Positions 60,641-64,000 of a stretch of DNA of 64,000 bases are shown piece after piece. The first letter of the stretch is position 1, and each line of letters opens with the position of its first letter. This DNA is from Iphione sp. A-MEVVRFRX5 (Eukaryota): positions 87,420,001 through 87,484,000 of the forward strand of contig OZ320316.1 of the NCBI GenBank assembly GCA_976226885.1, given 5' to 3'. The notes beneath the pieces were generated by a model. It saw only the letters and a program-made list of their open reading frames with translations. It was not told where the DNA came from and made no database searches. The position numbers and the translations under genes were made by a program.

Positions 60641-63600
60641 TTTTGCGTTCCCTTGCAAGTTGTGCTGTGTGTGTGTGAAATTATTGAACAACAGATGCCC
60701 AAAGCACCTCAATGCACATACATACACACACATACACACACACAAATGATAGCCTAAGTTGAAATTAACATGAGCAATAAAAATGCACACCAACACACAC
60801 TATCACGCGCATGCACAGAAGTAGGGAAGGAAACCAGGTCCAAGATGCCTATGTCTTTATTTTCAATACAAGGGGAAAGTATGGAAAGCTTTTTGATATG
60901 AACTTGTTATTTAGCTAAGCACTTTTGATAGCCATTATATTGTAGGCAAATTGATGATCGATTCAATGGGCCACCCTAAATCATGAAGGTTGAGATACGG
61001 TTGTGACGGAGGGAAGAGGCATCCAAAGTGGCAGAGGGCTTTGCTGGCTAGAAGGAAGAGACCCAAGTCCAGCATCCTTCCATTAACGGATCTTCTTCCA
61101 ACATGCACAAATGAATCGTTAGCAGTTGTCTGAAAATCTGGTTAACAGGTGTACAAAGATTGTTACAAATTCTGCATTCTGTAATTGTCACGGGAACTCC
61201 ATACTTTTCGTTCGCCTGTCTTCACAATAATAATTATCCAGAGTTATGTAAAAAGAGTCATTCCCACCCTGTTAACTTCTCCATCGAAGGCATTTGCATT
61301 TAAAGCGTTAGTAGCTTGAGGAGTGCTGAAACTTCAAAGGAAAGACGAAGATTAGGTACAGGGGGCTTAACGGTTAAATGTGGATGTCAAATCAGGTGTG
61401 AACGTGCACTCTTTGCTGTACAGGAGACATGCGCAGTTCTTTGTTCCTGCCACAAGAGGTGTAAATGAAGGCTTCTTGACGAACCTCGGAGTGCGATACT
61501 AAACGTGCCCTGAGGGCAAAGTGCTCACCTACCAAAGTTGTTTACCCGGTGGTGGAATTTTAATACATTGGAAATGGACGACTCAGTGAAACCCCCTGCC
61601 ATCCATAGTTGTCATCGGGTAGATTAGCCAAGAGTGTGAGTTGCTTCTACTCTGACAAATAAAAGAAAGAAATGCAGATTTCATAGATTTGTTTTGATTT
61701 ATAGTAAAGCAACAGGAAACATGATATGATGAAACTGGGGCACTTCGGAAAAATGGGTAATATGCTACTAGGCGAAACCACAGATGAAGTTCAGCACAGA
61801 AGGTCATTGAGAAGCTTTAATAATGTCCCGACATTTCGTCCTACCAAGGTATAAAATGGTTCAGGGTTTTCAATGGGGGTTCCCCCATAAACACAGTGCG
61901 TTCTTATTAGTTTTGTTCAAAATCACACCAGTTGTGTATGCTGCTTGAGCTACATGCATGCCTCCCCTCGAGGCAACTGAGATCAAATATTCAGTTGCCC
62001 TAGGCGATATTACTGGGGTAACTTCAAGGGCTAATATTGTCATTATGTAGGGACTGCATGTCGAAAAAATAGTTCCATTTAATCACAGAAGTTCTGGAAA
62101 GAAAGAGCAAGAGACACTAAATCTGGTCAAGCCAGAAAGAGGTACATTTTATAATCAATATGTTGCATCAAAGAGGTAAGAAGTTAGCAAGAATTTTTAA
62201 CGTCTCTCCATACGGGAATTATTTTGGCTATCTTAACATAAATGTATGTTTCGTAAATTTGTAATTTACTTCTAGTAGTAAATGGTTTCTTGGAAATAAA
62301 ATACTAAAAAATGCAAAGTAATTGTTCTTTGCAGTACAATTCCCTATTGGGCTGTCTGCAGGGACGCGTGTTTTTTAGTTCTAACAATATTTTGATAAAG
62401 TAATATGTTGATAATGTTTACTAACTAAACAGTCACTCGTGAACGGAAATGTGAGAATCTAGTCAATCAAAAACAATATTTCCTTGTTAAAAAGGGAATT
62501 ACATCCATTGTGAGATGTGTAGGGATGCATTCGTTGACTTCGGAAGTTTCTTCTCTCCAGATGATTTGGATTAACACGTCCAAAAAAGGAAGATAAACAG
62601 TAACTACTAATGCATATTTGTGTACGGCCATTTCAGACTATCGTAGCACTAGAAAGTCAAGTAAGATTAAATATTGCGACTAATATGATTATCGAAGTAT
62701 TGTACACAGGGCATATATTAAAGTAAAGCCAGAATGTTTTGCAGGAGTTTGTATTGATTGTTTTGAAAGGTATGACCATTTAAATGCAGGAGCCACACCA
62801 CATAAATTTCAGGTATGTAGGAAAGGTTGCATTCTATTTCGTCTCTAAATAAGGGGGCAAAGAGCTTTGAAGATTGTGACCCTTTGGTTTTGTGTTTCTG
62901 GTATCATGATAGCAGCATATACAAGGACATATTGGAGTTGTAAACGATAAATATTAGGATTTTTTAATACACAAGCATGATCGACGATAACTTGCTAGGC
63001 CAGTTGTTTATACATATTCGGACACTGTGCAGATATGTGCCCGGGGGTTGTTGTGAGTAACTGTTAGTAAACTATCAATCAGGAGGGGGGGTCATAGATA
63101 TTACCCTCTACGGATAGTTGATGCCAGTTTTCTGGAGAGGGTCTTCAACCGGCTCTGTTGTGTTGCAGCAATCTATTTATATTGCTGTTGCTAATTTGGC
63201 TTTGACGTATTTACTAAGCATTGTGGTCCTTTACATTTTTTCATATACTGTTGACCTGCAATGCTTTTTAGAGGAGAATTTTACTGTACTGAATTTTACT
63301 GTACTGTTTACTGTCTTAACTAACACATAACAGGCTTAGATCTACAGTCCTGGATGTACTAGATGAGTGAAAATCAAAGGATATTCAGTCAGTGAGTGAG
63401 GAGAAATGGGGCCTGAAGCCTGAGACCCTATGGTTTGGAGTCTGTGCTTGGTTTATGATAGGTGGCAGGTGGTGCCATCTTTGCAATGCCACAGCATGAC
63501 ATATGCTGTTACAAATACAAAATGTTAGATTTAGGGCCAGTGATGCAAATCTAGTGGGATGTGAGTATCATCTTTGCTCGACGCAAGATGAAAACCAATA

Positions 63601-64000
63601 TATGGTGTATTGTGGTTTCCTGGCGAAAAACATCTGGATTAACAGACTGGAATGAAAAACCATTGGAATTTTGTTTCATCAACAGAATAATAGCTCAGAG
63701 AAATGTTCTTTAGTATCAGATTTAATTTCCCTGTACCCATATTTCTGTGCAGCATGCTTTAGGTCTGTGTAGCATGGTGAAAGGTTTACACCATTTAATT
63801 TGCCCAAACTGCTGAAACACCATCCATGCAGTGTGTTTGGAGTGTGTTTGCCAGTTGCATCTGTGTACGTAAGCATAGTTCTCAAACGATATGTCAAAAA
63901 CATGGAGACACAGTCATGGAAAATGGAACATGTCCCTTTCCATAAGGCACTACACAAAGACATGGAACTTGCTTCATGCTACGTGGATATGTACATGCAC

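Noticed and set aside
61972-61999. 9-bp hairpin GGCAACTGA/TCAGTTGCC
   Set aside because: Short and isolated; expected by chance in 64 kb.

Overview
Animal (invertebrate-like) genomic DNA, AT-rich outside coding and transposon blocks. One host gene is recognisable: an MFSD6-like major facilitator transporter on the + strand. Its coding exons are 19766-21346, 53826-54017 and 54838-55019; the 5' exon was not found. Its 32.5-kb intron holds a young full-length Ty3/Gypsy LTR retrotransposon (29046-39072; LTRs differ at 2 of 342 nt; TSD CATG; tRNA-Leu PBS). The same intron also holds a CR1/L2-type LINE remnant, a DIRS1-like remnant, an intron-containing piggyBac transposase and several MITEs. A Penelope-like remnant opens the window. 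The stand-out is the Gypsy element. Its pol frame runs about 1230 codons past integrase into two C2H2 zinc fingers, a long Pro/acidic disordered region and an unassigned C-terminal domain. It also has an extra 5' ORF starting inside the LTR, whose 15-bp repeats each carry a donor-like site in phase with a strong acceptor upstream of the zinc fingers. This predicts an env-like spliced mRNA for an element-encoded regulator. That model is inference and needs RNA data.
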